This document shows, one piece after another, positions 31,909-41,356 of a DNA stretch of 64,000 nt. The notes under the pieces are model-generated. The model did not search any database. It was not told the origin of the DNA and was given only the letters and a program-made list of their open reading frames with translations. How positions within the stretch are numbered: the stretch's first letter is position 1; each line of letters begins with the position of its first letter. The DNA lies in contig JAZLAQ010000030.1 of the NCBI GenBank assembly GCA_045613285.1, positions 28,290 through 92,289 on the forward strand, given 5' to 3'. This DNA comes from Alphaproteobacteria bacterium. GTDB lineage: Bacteria; Pseudomonadota; Alphaproteobacteria; CAAHEQ01; UBA3637. The position numbers and the translations under genes were made by a program.

Positions 31909-32199
31909 ATGATTAAATCTGAATTAGTTGCAGAAGTTGCAAAAAATAATAAACTGACATTTGTCAATGCCGATCGGGTTGTAACAACCGTATTTGATAC
32001 AATTATAAAAAACCTGAAAGCCGGAAAACGTGTTGAATTACGTGGTTTCGGTGTTTTTTCTGTTCGTGTACGTAAACCACGTGTAGGACGTAACCCAAAA
32101 ACAGGTAAAATTGTTCGAGTCGATGAAAAACGTATGCCGTTTTTCCGTGCCGGTCATCGTGTTAAAGTAGCCTTAAATAAAAAAGGTAGCGAAGGCTAA
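31909..32199 (+). CDS. HU/IHF-family nucleoid-associated DNA-binding protein, IHF-like (96 aa)
   Basis: GFGVFSVRVRKPRVGRNPKTG...RMPFFRAG arm motif. The GRNPKTG and F(R/K)(A/P)G signatures resemble IHF subunits more than HU. Confidence 0.85.
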   Translation: MIKSELVAEVAKNNKLTFVNADRVVTTVFDTIIKNLKAGKRVELRGFGVFSVRVRKPRVGRNPKTGKIVRVDEKRMPFFRAGHRVKVALNKKGSEG

Positions 32200-33044
32200 T
32201 GAACTGGATTACCAGACTAACCCGTCCAACGGTTAAGAAAACACATATTCAAAAAGATGTTCCAAACGATTTTTGGGACAGATGTCCTTCTTGCGGTTCT
32301 ATGTTGTTTCATGAAGAAATAGCCAAGTCTGACTATATCTGTCCCAGATGCTCTTATCATTTTCGTCTGCCGACTACACGACGATTGGAAATGATTTTTG
32401 ATAATGAAAAGTATACTTTGGTACAACTACCTAAAATGAAAGAAGATCCACTTCATTTCGTGGATTTGAAGAAGTATACCGATCGCCTAAAAGATGCCCG
32501 TAAAAAAACGCATACAGAGGATGCTATTTTAGTGGCCCATGGTAAAATCGGCGGAAAATCGGCTGTGGTCGGTGTTTTTGACTTTAACTTTATGGGCGGT
32601 TCTATGGGAACAGCCGTCGGGGAAGCCATTGTAACGGCGGCTCAATTAGCCTTACTACAAGAAGCCGCTTTAATTTTAATACCGGCTTCCGGCGGGGCCC
32701 GTATGCAGGAAGGTATTTTATCCTTAATGCAGATGGCTAGAACAACAATAGCCGTTAAAAGATTGAAAAAGAAAAAATTACCCTATGTTGTTATTTTAAC
32801 AAATCCAACAACAGGTGGTGTAACTGCATCCTTTGCTATGTTAGGGGATGTTACTTTGGCAGAACCGGAAGCCATCATCGGTTTTGCCGGTGCACGTGTC
32901 ATTGAACAAACGATACATCAAAAACTGCCACCTGATTTTCAAAAGTCAGAATACCTGCTGGCTCATGGTATGGTGGATCAGGTTGTTCACCGAAAGGAAA
33001 TTCGACCGAGACTGGTACAGTTGCTCAATCTTTTAATGAATTAG
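32199..33044 (+). CDS. accD: Acetyl-CoA carboxylase carboxyltransferase beta subunit (281 aa)
   Basis: N-terminal C4 zinc ribbon (CPSCGSMLFHEEIAKSDYICPRCSYHF) and a carboxyltransferase domain (GGSMG). Confidence 0.9.
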   Translation: MNWITRLTRPTVKKTHIQKDVPNDFWDRCPSCGSMLFHEEIAKSDYICPRCSYHFRLPTTRRLEMIFDNEKYTLVQLPKMKEDPLHFVDLKKYTDRLKDARKKTHTEDAILVAHGKIGGKSAVVGVFDFNFMGGSMGTAVGEAIVTAAQLALLQEAALILIPASGGARMQEGILSLMQMARTTIAVKRLKKKKLPYVVILTNPTTGGVTASFAMLGDVTLAEPEAIIGFAGARVIEQTIHQKLPPDFQKSEYLLAHGMVDQVVHRKEIRPRLVQLLNLLMN

Positions 33045-33046
33045 AT

Positions 33047-33085
33047 GAAACTCCACCGCTTCACGCCAGTGGAGTTTCATTTTGA
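33047..33085 (+). terminator. Rho-independent terminator after accD
   Basis: AAACTCCAC, 12-nt loop, GTGGAGTTT, then CATTTTG. Confidence 0.5.
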
Positions 33086-33094
33086 AGGAGAAAA

Positions 33095-33484
33095 ATGAAA
33101 AAATTTTTATTATTGTTTTTATTACCGTATATGATACCCGAGGTTATGGCCGGTTGTCTGTATAATGGAACAAAGGACTGTAAAGTAGAAAATCCATGCG
33201 GACCGAATGAATTAATGACAATAAAATGGCTTTATGAAGATGGTCAAGTTAAATATGTTTTTGACGGCTGTTTCCCTTGTGATACAGAACAAGCCATAGA
33301 GGTCAGTTGTATCGGGGCTGAAGAAGCACAACGAATCTGTCCCAACAGATATATATTTTGGGATTGCACCCCCTATTCAGTCCTTAATTGTAAAAATAAG
33401 AAATATTTACCAATAACTTCTATGGATAATATCTCTGTTAACAAGAAAGATAAAACATGTTGGGATAACAGTGTCATTCGCTAA
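33095..33484 (+). CDS. Small secreted cysteine-rich protein (129 aa; ~10 Cys in the mature part)
   Basis: Signal peptide (MKKFLLLFLLPYMIPEVMA), then regularly spaced Cys: C..DC, NPC, GC.PC, SC, IC, DC, NC, TC. A GGAG SD lies upstream. Confidence 0.5.
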   Translation: MKKFLLLFLLPYMIPEVMAGCLYNGTKDCKVENPCGPNELMTIKWLYEDGQVKYVFDGCFPCDTEQAIEVSCIGAEEAQRICPNRYIFWDCTPYSVLNCKNKKYLPITSMDNISVNKKDKTCWDNSVIR

Positions 33485-33503
33485 TTTTTCACTTTAAGAT
33501 AAG

Positions 33504-33538
33504 AAACACCATCGATTCTACTGATGGTGTTTTTTTTA
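33504..33538. terminator. Bidirectional terminator shared by the convergent Cys-rich and lipase-like genes
   Basis: CACCATC, 10-nt loop (gattctactg), GATGGTG, then T8. Confidence 0.55.
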
Positions 33539-34876
33539 TTGTTTTTGTCTTCTGTTTTGTTTTTTACGCAATGTTGTTTCGGCTACCTTGGACTTATGTT
33601 TTAACAGCGTCGGTTTTCTGTATAAAAACAATAATTTTTTCGGTGGATGTTCCAAATCCTTCGGTAAAGGAATAAAATGTCCGGACGCTTCATTTTCAAC
33701 AGAATTATTCATTGCATTGAATAGAATATACTTTCCCCAACGCAAAGCAATCTTTTGGGCCTGATTAGCCTGACTACAATAAGTGGAAATATGATGTGGC
33801 CCTTCTTTGGTATTATTTTCAAGTGTATTTATCAGTAAAACAGTCTGATTTTTTTGTTCAACGAAATGTGTTTTTAAAAGTCCCCTGTCATCCAAAGGCA
33901 CATCTGCCAATATCGGTCTTAAATATCCCATCATAAAATCATCTTTCGTATTAACCAAATGATAGGAACGGAAATTATTTTTATAATGTTCTTTATCTAA
34001 ATTCGGTGCAATATGTAAGGCCAAAACCTGATTCTGAATACGCTTGACTGTCTGTTTAGAAAAGCCTTTACGAAGCATATCTTTTGTCAGTAATTCAGCG
34101 ATAGCCTGAATAACACTTGATCCATAACTATAACCGATTAAATTCAACCGCCGAAAATTTTTCATCGCCTGCATAACCGGTATTTTTTTACCTTTTGCAT
34201 CTGAATAAAGCGGTCTTAAAAATCTTTCCACAAAATGTTTAATATAAAAAACAGGATGATCAATCGTACTATCTACCTTAAATCTATGAGAAGAAACATA
34301 GTCATTGTACAAATCCCTTTGATTTCCAGGATACCGAACCGATACGGTCTTAATTCCATATAAAGGAACATTATACATATCCATAGTTTTTCTGATTTTT
34401 CGAGCAAAGCCATTAATTAAAGACAATTCAAAATTACCTCGACCAGAAAAAAATAATACAATAGGCTTTTTCAATAGACTATCAGATTCTTTTTCAGGAA
34501 TAACCCTATAATCCAATTTAGTATCTTTATCCTCAGCCATTTGTTCAATAAAAGACATATATGCTGTTTTACCTAATTTTTCCCGGACATCCGATTCTTT
34601 CATACACGCATATAACAAACGTCTTAACGGACGATTGGAAATGCGTCCTTCAACCTGATACCCATCTAATAACTGACAAGGTAATTGTCCATACTTATCA
34701 GGAATACTTGCCAACTCTGGATGATGACTTAATAATATACGGGCATATCTAATCGGAATAGAAAAATTATTTTCTTCGTTTTTTATTAAACTTTGCAATA
34801 AATTATCGCCCTGTTTATCTTTAAATAAAAAATCGCCCTGTTCAATTTTTTTTATGATTTTAGAATATTCTAGCAT
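33536..34876 (-). CDS. Signal-less alpha/beta-hydrolase (lipase/esterase)-like protein, candidate secreted effector (446 aa)
   Basis: GxSxG nucleophile elbow LIGYSYGSSV preceded by an oxyanion-region-like PIVLFFSGRG. A ~140-aa non-catalytic N-terminal region and a basic C-terminal tail (RKKQNRRQKQ). No signal peptide. Confidence 0.5.
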   Translation of the reverse strand: MLEYSKIIKKIEQGDFLFKDKQGDNLLQSLIKNEENNFSIPIRYARILLSHHPELASIPDKYGQLPCQLLDGYQVEGRISNRPLRRLLYACMKESDVREKLGKTAYMSFIEQMAEDKDTKLDYRVIPEKESDSLLKKPIVLFFSGRGNFELSLINGFARKIRKTMDMYNVPLYGIKTVSVRYPGNQRDLYNDYVSSHRFKVDSTIDHPVFYIKHFVERFLRPLYSDAKGKKIPVMQAMKNFRRLNLIGYSYGSSVIQAIAELLTKDMLRKGFSKQTVKRIQNQVLALHIAPNLDKEHYKNNFRSYHLVNTKDDFMMGYLRPILADVPLDDRGLLKTHFVEQKNQTVLLINTLENNTKEGPHHISTYCSQANQAQKIALRWGKYILFNAMNNSVENEASGHFIPLPKDLEHPPKKLLFLYRKPTLLKHKSKVAETTLRKKQNRRQKQ

Positions 34877-34949
34877 TATATCACTTCTTTTTTAATAAAG
34901 TGAGTATAACACAAAACCATAAAAATGTCAATTCATTGTTTTTATATAT

Positions 34950-34982
34950 AAAAAAACGCCGGAACAACCGACGTTTTTTAAA
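34950..34982 (-). terminator. Probable terminator downstream of the AsmA-family gene
   Basis: AAAAAACGCCGG, loop aacaa, CCGACGTTTTTT. An 8-bp stem with one mismatch, flanked by an A-run and a T-run. Confidence 0.45.
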
Positions 34983-34993
34983 TTTATCAAATT

Positions 34994-37900
34994 TTAATTG
35001 ACCCGTTTAAAGGAACCACGGATACCATTACTTCCTGTTTCTACATTAACAGATTTTAATCCCTGTAAAATCGTTTTATCCTCATCGGTTGTAACGGTAT
35101 CTTCATCACCCGCCAAATCAAACCGAGCTGCATGCTGATAAGCCTTTTCGATCTTTGATAACGCATCAGAAGTTACCTGAAGCAAATACGCCATTTGCTG
35201 CTGACTTAAATCCGTAGAAAAACGAGAAGCCGCATCTTCTATCACGACTAAATTTTGGGCTGTATTTTCAGCTAAACGAGATAGAACAACAATATCAGGA
35301 TTATTGACAGCCCAATTGTTCATTTTACTATTCATCAAACGGGCTTTTTTCAAATCACCGTCTAATTTATTTTTGATATTAAACAATGAATCCTGTTCCA
35401 TAGCCTGTTTAAATTCATCAGCCTTTAATAAAACTGTTCGAGCATATTCTATTTGTTGTATCAACTGAGCATCTGTCGGTTCTTCACGAACAGCCAATTG
35501 ATTTACCATAACCAAAGCATCTTTGGCAGCCTCTAACAACCGCAAGCCTTTTTCAAAAGAATACTTCTGCAATTGTTCTTCCATCGTGCGAACAGCATTA
35601 CGTGCCTGCTGAGTCAACTTTTGCGTTTCAACCAACCGTTCATTCCGCTTTTGCATCATTTCCTGTTGGGCTATTTCCTGTTGCTGTTGCAGATTCTTTG
35701 CCAGAGTATCTTTGGCCTGTCCACTTAAAACAGAGATTAAATCACCGTAATTAACATCAAAAATACCTTTACCCGAACCGACGGAAACACTCAACATAAA
35801 TGGAGGTAGCTTATTCATCGGATTCAATAAAACCGGTACAGATACATCCAACATTCGATTAGATATATCCCATACAATCTGGGTAGGATTACCGACTGCA
35901 TTAGCAGTTTTTAAAGTTCCATCCATTATACGGAAAACTCCATTTGAAACAACAAATTCCCCACCAAAAGATTTTAAAATTGTCTTACCACTATGTAAAA
36001 CACGTTTAAATTCTGGTTCTATTGCATCTGCTGTTTCATTACGTTGTACAGCACGTGTAATAATCGGAATCATTTGTTCAATATCTGTCCCAATAAGTTG
36101 TCCTCCCTGCAGAGTCAAATTACCCTGACCGTTTAGGGACTGTGCCATCAATATAGGGGATGAACCACGAGCCTTTAAATCGCCTTGAATGGTTACCAAA
36201 CCACCACCCAATACTAAATCGGATAAAACCATAAAATCTGGACGTAATGTCATATTTTCAAGAGAAAATGACATATTCAAGGATGGTTCTGTATTCCAAT
36301 CAAATTTACCACTTATCATAATCGGCGATTTATCTGTCGTTCCATTTTGCCCTTTTAAATGCAACAAATTCAATTCCTTATTTTGTAAGGACAGCTTTAC
36401 ATCAGCCTGACGAATATTCATATCCCGATATAATAATTGTTTGGCATTTAACTGTATATCACAATTCCAATTGTTGAATTTTTCCAAATTCCAATCCTTT
36501 GATGATAACCCTGTAACGGGAGAATATATCCCATCCAAACCGGTTATAAATCTATCCAACACAAAAGAAGGCGAAGAAATATCTGCTATTACCGTTTTAA
36601 TAACACCATTATCAACCGAAACAGTACCTGATAACTGTTGCAAACCTATGCCAACAACCGCATCAGCCAAACTAAACTTATTTTTGTTACCCGAGAAAAC
36701 TCCCTTTGCTTTAAACACACCATCTAAATTCGGAAATAATTGATATGATGGATCAAACAAACCCATAAAAGTCTTAAAATTCGGATGAGCAATATCAAAC
36801 TTCATATCACGCAACGAAGGTGTTTCATCAACAACAGAGATAAAACCGTCTAATTTCATATGCGCATCAGACAGGGCAATACTGCTTTCAAGAGCGTAAT
36901 ATCCGTCTTGATTATCACTCATTATTAAATCAAACTGAACCGAGTTAGATGTTTGAATTAAAGGTAATTTTGCCCCTAAATTCAATTGTTTTAACAAAGT
37001 CGGTAATTTTTTAGACTTTAAAGATAATTTTAAAGATGACATATTTGATTGACGACGACCGACACCATTCACAACAGTAGATAATATCATATCTGTGCCA
37101 TCAATATTTTGAACACTCAATTTATCCAATGCCAATACATTATTTGACAACTGTCCTTCGATTAATAACTGACTTAAAGGTATACCCAAAACAACGCCAT
37201 CATTAATTTTAATTTTTCCGGAGACACTTAAATCATTTGCCCATTCTGATTTTTCCAAAAGTTGAGCAACAGTCAGCGGTAAATCCGATAAAGCAATTGT
37301 TTCAGAAGCTGTTTTCCAACCCAAATATGTATCCAAATCCAAATTTGTAAAAACTAAATCTGTTTGATATGTTTTTTTATTTTCAATTGTATTTTGTTGT
37401 ATAGTACCAGACACAACTGTGTTATTCAGCTTTGCTTCCTTAATCTGAACAGCTATCTGATCTGGTTTTACAACTGCTTGACCTTGTGCATTTAAAGTTT
37501 CTTTTTCTGAGAAAGATAAATATTTTAATGCGTTCGGATATAATTGCTTCATAACTGGTTGAATATCTTCCGATGAAACATTAAAATCCATTACCAATGA
37601 AGGTTTGTTTTCTACTAGAACACTTTTTCCCGTAAATTGACAACTTGTACCATTCAATTTTAAATTTACATCTTTTAGGGTTAAAACACCTTTCTCATAT
37701 TCCCCTTGAATAGAAACATCTTTCAATACCTTTTCATCCCAAGGGATTGTACTAAAAAATGTTTTAAAAGCAATATGATTTTTTTCTGTATTGTTTCCTA
37801 ATAAGTTCCAGTTTAATTTCTTAATATAAGCAGATAGCAAATCGGTATCAATTGTATTAAATTTTGTTTCTATATTATATTCTGCCTGTCCGCCAATATA

Positions 37901-38854
37901 TTGCCGTTCCAATGTTCCAGAAAAAGCCATTGAATCTACATTTTTATCAAAGATAACCGTTAAATCTTTTAAGGTATCTGTCGACGGAGACACTATCCAA
38001 GTCAGACTTCCTTCCACAACCTTATCATCTTTTAATTCCGGCCAATTTAAAATTTTCAGGAAATTATTAACCTTTCCAATAGAAAAAGTTCCCATCCCTT
38101 CAAACCATTTATCGGATTTTGCCGGTGTAAAATCCCCATCTATTTTCAAATAAAAATCCGTCTTTTTTTCACTTAAAACAAAACTTGTCTTTATAGGAGA
38201 TATAACTTGAAATACACCGATATCACCTTTTAAAGTATATCTTTCATTACCTAAGTTTCCCTCTCCATTAAAAGAATAAGGTCCATAGGTAGAATCAACC
38301 ATAAGCTTACCATCAATATCCGTTATAACATAAGAAATACCCGATACAACATTGTTATAATTAACTGATCCACCACGAACAACTATCGAATTAATTTTAA
38401 CGCCCTTATCATTAACATCACCAATCAAATCATATTTTTGAGACTGAAAATTTGGATCCATTAAAAACGGAAAGGAAAAATTAGTTAAATTACTTTCGAA
38501 ACGTTCTAAAAACAAGGTCGGACGAGTCAATTCAACTTTTTCTATTACAAAAGGAGTTTTAAATAAGGAGGACCAAGACAATGTAATCCGGACATTATCT
38601 ACTTTTATCATATCAGGTGTTGAAGATTTATTTACATTAAGCATTTTTACATCTTTCAACACAATTGTCGGAACTGGTCGCCACTGAACGGATGTTTCAC
38701 CACCAATAACAACATCACGGCCTGTTAAATCTTTTAACGAAGTTATGAATTGTTTTTCATATGTTTCAGGATTAAAAGACATCATAATTAATCCGATAAC
38801 ACCGCCAATTAACAAGACAGCAACAAGCAAACAAATAAATAAAAACTTTTTCAT
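34994..38854 (-). CDS. AsmA-family giant envelope protein (1286 aa; AsmA/TamB-like, predicted inter-membrane lipid transfer)
   Basis: N-terminal anchor (MKKFLFICLLVAVLLIGGVIGLIMM) and an AsmA-like N-domain. A long beta-rich body and a Q-rich coiled-coil C-terminal region follow. Confidence 0.7.
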   Translation of the reverse strand: MKKFLFICLLVAVLLIGGVIGLIMMSFNPETYEKQFITSLKDLTGRDVVIGGETSVQWRPVPTIVLKDVKMLNVNKSSTPDMIKVDNVRITLSWSSLFKTPFVIEKVELTRPTLFLERFESNLTNFSFPFLMDPNFQSQKYDLIGDVNDKGVKINSIVVRGGSVNYNNVVSGISYVITDIDGKLMVDSTYGPYSFNGEGNLGNERYTLKGDIGVFQVISPIKTSFVLSEKKTDFYLKIDGDFTPAKSDKWFEGMGTFSIGKVNNFLKILNWPELKDDKVVEGSLTWIVSPSTDTLKDLTVIFDKNVDSMAFSGTLERQYIGGQAEYNIETKFNTIDTDLLSAYIKKLNWNLLGNNTEKNHIAFKTFFSTIPWDEKVLKDVSIQGEYEKGVLTLKDVNLKLNGTSCQFTGKSVLVENKPSLVMDFNVSSEDIQPVMKQLYPNALKYLSFSEKETLNAQGQAVVKPDQIAVQIKEAKLNNTVVSGTIQQNTIENKKTYQTDLVFTNLDLDTYLGWKTASETIALSDLPLTVAQLLEKSEWANDLSVSGKIKINDGVVLGIPLSQLLIEGQLSNNVLALDKLSVQNIDGTDMILSTVVNGVGRRQSNMSSLKLSLKSKKLPTLLKQLNLGAKLPLIQTSNSVQFDLIMSDNQDGYYALESSIALSDAHMKLDGFISVVDETPSLRDMKFDIAHPNFKTFMGLFDPSYQLFPNLDGVFKAKGVFSGNKNKFSLADAVVGIGLQQLSGTVSVDNGVIKTVIADISSPSFVLDRFITGLDGIYSPVTGLSSKDWNLEKFNNWNCDIQLNAKQLLYRDMNIRQADVKLSLQNKELNLLHLKGQNGTTDKSPIMISGKFDWNTEPSLNMSFSLENMTLRPDFMVLSDLVLGGGLVTIQGDLKARGSSPILMAQSLNGQGNLTLQGGQLIGTDIEQMIPIITRAVQRNETADAIEPEFKRVLHSGKTILKSFGGEFVVSNGVFRIMDGTLKTANAVGNPTQIVWDISNRMLDVSVPVLLNPMNKLPPFMLSVSVGSGKGIFDVNYGDLISVLSGQAKDTLAKNLQQQQEIAQQEMMQKRNERLVETQKLTQQARNAVRTMEEQLQKYSFEKGLRLLEAAKDALVMVNQLAVREEPTDAQLIQQIEYARTVLLKADEFKQAMEQDSLFNIKNKLDGDLKKARLMNSKMNNWAVNNPDIVVLSRLAENTAQNLVVIEDAASRFSTDLSQQQMAYLLQVTSDALSKIEKAYQHAARFDLAGDEDTVTTDEDKTILQGLKSVNVETGSNGIRGSFKRVN

Positions 38855-38920
38855 ATTACACCCCTTTTAAAAATATATATATTTCTTTTATATCATACAT
38901 ACAAAAAAATCAAGTACTTT

Positions 38921-39148
38921 TTAATCTTCCAACCAAATTCTTACTTTTTTTGCTATTTCATCTATATTATCCAACATTTTTTCTTGTTCTTCTAAACGGG
39001 ATAAAGCCTTTTCAATTTCACGTAATGTTGCATTTTCAAATTCTTTCCGTAACTCTTTGATTATTTTTTCTTTATCATATTTTGATTCATCTGATAATCT
39101 ATCTTTTTTGTTTCTAATAAATTGTTCTGCATCATCAAAAAAGTTCAT
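38921..39148 (-). CDS. Small charged coiled-coil protein (~75 aa) translationally coupled to trkH
   Basis: The ATG at 39148..39146 overlaps the trkH TGA stop (ATGA). The track's 105-aa version (to 39238) would overlap trkH by 94 nt and adds an unlikely hydrophobic leader. Confidence 0.4.
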   Translation of the reverse strand: MNFFDDAEQFIRNKKDRLSDESKYDKEKIIKELRKEFENATLREIEKALSRLEEQEKMLDNIDEIAKKVRIWLED

Positions 39149-40608
39149 GCATTCCTCCGCCATAAAAATGGAAAAAACAAGACAAAAACAGCAATAAATT
39201 CTAATCTGCCAATCAACATAGCAAAACTTAAAATCCATTTAGCCATATCCGGCAAAGTGGCAAACGTAGAACTGGGATTAATAATACTTCCCAAACCAGG
39301 TCCAACATTGGATAATGCAGTTAATGCCGCTGAAAATGAGGTAACAAAATCTAATCCGCAGGCAGATACAGCCAATGTTACAAAAATACTTGTTCCAAAA
39401 TACAAACCAAAAAACACCAACACACTAATTAAAACATCGTCTGTAATAACATGACTGCCATAGCGGGGTACAAAAACACCATGCGGTTGAACCAAACCTT
39501 TTAATCTAATTCCGATTGCTCGAAACAAAACAGTAAAACGGAACATTTTAATACCGCCACTGGTAGACCCTGTACATCCCCCCATCAATAACAAAAACAT
39601 AAAGAAAGCTAATGCAAAATCTCCCCAATTTTGATAATTACTAGTCATAAATCCAGTTGTCGTAACAACTGAGATAACGGCAAAAACAGATTCTCGAACG
39701 TATGTGTTTAATTCCGTTGGAGAAAATCTGTCATTTAACCACCTTAAAACAGTTAAAAGTAAAATAGAAAAAAATAAAAATTTTAAATAAAAGAATATTT
39801 GACTATCTTCTTTAATAGCTTTCCATTTTCTAGCCAATAAATATAGCCCTAACACCAGCGGAAAACTGGACACCAACATAAAGAAAGATATAATCCATTC
39901 AATTGTTGAATTATGATAATATCCTACTGATAAATCATGGGGGGCAAAACCACCGGTAGAAATAGTTGTCAAAGAATAATTAACAGCATCAAAAACAGAC
40001 ATACCACATAAAAATAATAATAAAGTACAAACCACCGTTAATCCAATATAGTAAAGTAATAATGCTCTCATATTTTGAATGACTGTCGGTAAATCACGAT
40101 CTGACTTGGAAGATGATTCGGTTGTAAAAAACTGCATACCACCAATACGTAAAATAGGCAATACCAGAATGGCTACAACAAGAATACCAGCTCCCCCAAC
40201 CCATTGTAAAATAGAACGCCACAACAAAATACCAGGGGTCATTGTATCCAAACCGGTCATAATGGTTGCCCCAGTCGTTGTCAGACCGGACACAGCCTCA
40301 AAGATAGAATCTGTCCATGAAAAATTATATTTTGAAACAAAAAAAGGTAATGCCGATAAAACAGAATAAGATATCCAAATCAGTGTTGTTGTTAAAAACA
40401 TTTCTTTATTTCGTAATGGTTCATTACTGCGTCCTGATAATAAATAAATCAAAAAACCCAAAGCAACCCCCATAGCCGAAGATATAGCGAATCGGTTTCC
40501 GGCATCCGTAAAACCATATAAATAATCTGTAAAAGCTGGTATCATCATGCTGATACCACATATAATTTCCATAAATCCGACAATTGAAAAAATCAGTTTT
40601 AATCTCAT
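39145..40608 (-). CDS. trkH: TrkH/KtrB-family K+ uptake permease (487 aa)
   Basis: Polytopic protein with repeated selectivity-filter-like glycine motifs (TTTGATI, TGGFAP, TTTGFMT, STSGG). Confidence 0.85.
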   Translation of the reverse strand: MRLKLIFSIVGFMEIICGISMMIPAFTDYLYGFTDAGNRFAISSAMGVALGFLIYLLSGRSNEPLRNKEMFLTTTLIWISYSVLSALPFFVSKYNFSWTDSIFEAVSGLTTTGATIMTGLDTMTPGILLWRSILQWVGGAGILVVAILVLPILRIGGMQFFTTESSSKSDRDLPTVIQNMRALLLYYIGLTVVCTLLLFLCGMSVFDAVNYSLTTISTGGFAPHDLSVGYYHNSTIEWIISFFMLVSSFPLVLGLYLLARKWKAIKEDSQIFFYLKFLFFSILLLTVLRWLNDRFSPTELNTYVRESVFAVISVVTTTGFMTSNYQNWGDFALAFFMFLLLMGGCTGSTSGGIKMFRFTVLFRAIGIRLKGLVQPHGVFVPRYGSHVITDDVLISVLVFFGLYFGTSIFVTLAVSACGLDFVTSFSAALTALSNVGPGLGSIINPSSTFATLPDMAKWILSFAMLIGRLEFIAVFVLFFPFLWRRNA

Positions 40609-40696
40609 TTAAGCCTCTTTTTTTTCATATTTTATTTTTATTTCTTTCAAAAATCAATAAAAAAGTGTATAATAAGAAAAACAAAAGGACTTTTTT

Positions 40697-41356
40697 ATGT
40701 TTTATCACGATGCACACTGTCACCTAATGGAAGATACCGTTTTTTTAAAAGCTGCCGAAAACGGAATAAAATCATTTATTGTTAATACAACAAATCCTAA
40801 TGAGTGGGAACAAGTTGCTGACCTAAATAAGCGTATCTTAGGAATTAATTTTTGTGCTGGCATTCATCCCTGGTTTATCAATAACCTGCCCGAAGATTGG
40901 GAAAAACGATTAGAATTATTTTTACAAAAATACCCGCAAGCTATGATAGGTGAAATCGGTCTTGATTCGAATCGTCCTTTTTTAGAAAAACAAATTGTTA
41001 TTTTCAAAAAATGCCTAACCCTTGCCGAAAAATATGATAGGAAGGTTCATATTCATTGTATCGGTGCCTGGGATGAGATGCTATCTTGTATGACACAATA
41101 TCGAGCAATAAAACCTTTATTCCACAGATTTAACGGAAATGAAGTTATTATCCAAAAATTACGAATGTTTAATGCATATTTTTCCGTTTTGAACGGTCGC
41201 TTTATACATATGATACCTTATAACAGATTATTAGTAGAAAGCGATTCGCCGGACGGATTAAAAAACCCTATAGCAATACCGGAATTAGTTCAAAAACTTA
41301 ATTTAAATTTAGATCAAATAAACGAAAATTTTACAAGGTTTATCTATGAATCGTAA
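40697..41356 (+). CDS. TatD-family metal-dependent hydrolase/DNase (219 aa, short form)
   Basis: N-terminal DAHCHL metal-binding motif and a TIM-barrel hydrolase layout (HIHCI, ESDSPD). Confidence 0.75.
   Translation: MFYHDAHCHLMEDTVFLKAAENGIKSFIVNTTNPNEWEQVADLNKRILGINFCAGIHPWFINNLPEDWEKRLELFLQKYPQAMIGEIGLDSNRPFLEKQIVIFKKCLTLAEKYDRKVHIHCIGAWDEMLSCMTQYRAIKPLFHRFNGNEVIIQKLRMFNAYFSVLNGRFIHMIPYNRLLVESDSPDGLKNPIAIPELVQKLNLNLDQINENFTRFIYES

Noticed and set aside
38921-39238. The 105-aa version of the small ORF downstream of trkH
   Set aside because: It would overlap trkH by 94 nt and adds a Cys-rich or hydrophobic leader. The ATG at 39148 overlaps the trkH stop (ATGA) and gives a clean 75-aa product, so I used the shorter call.
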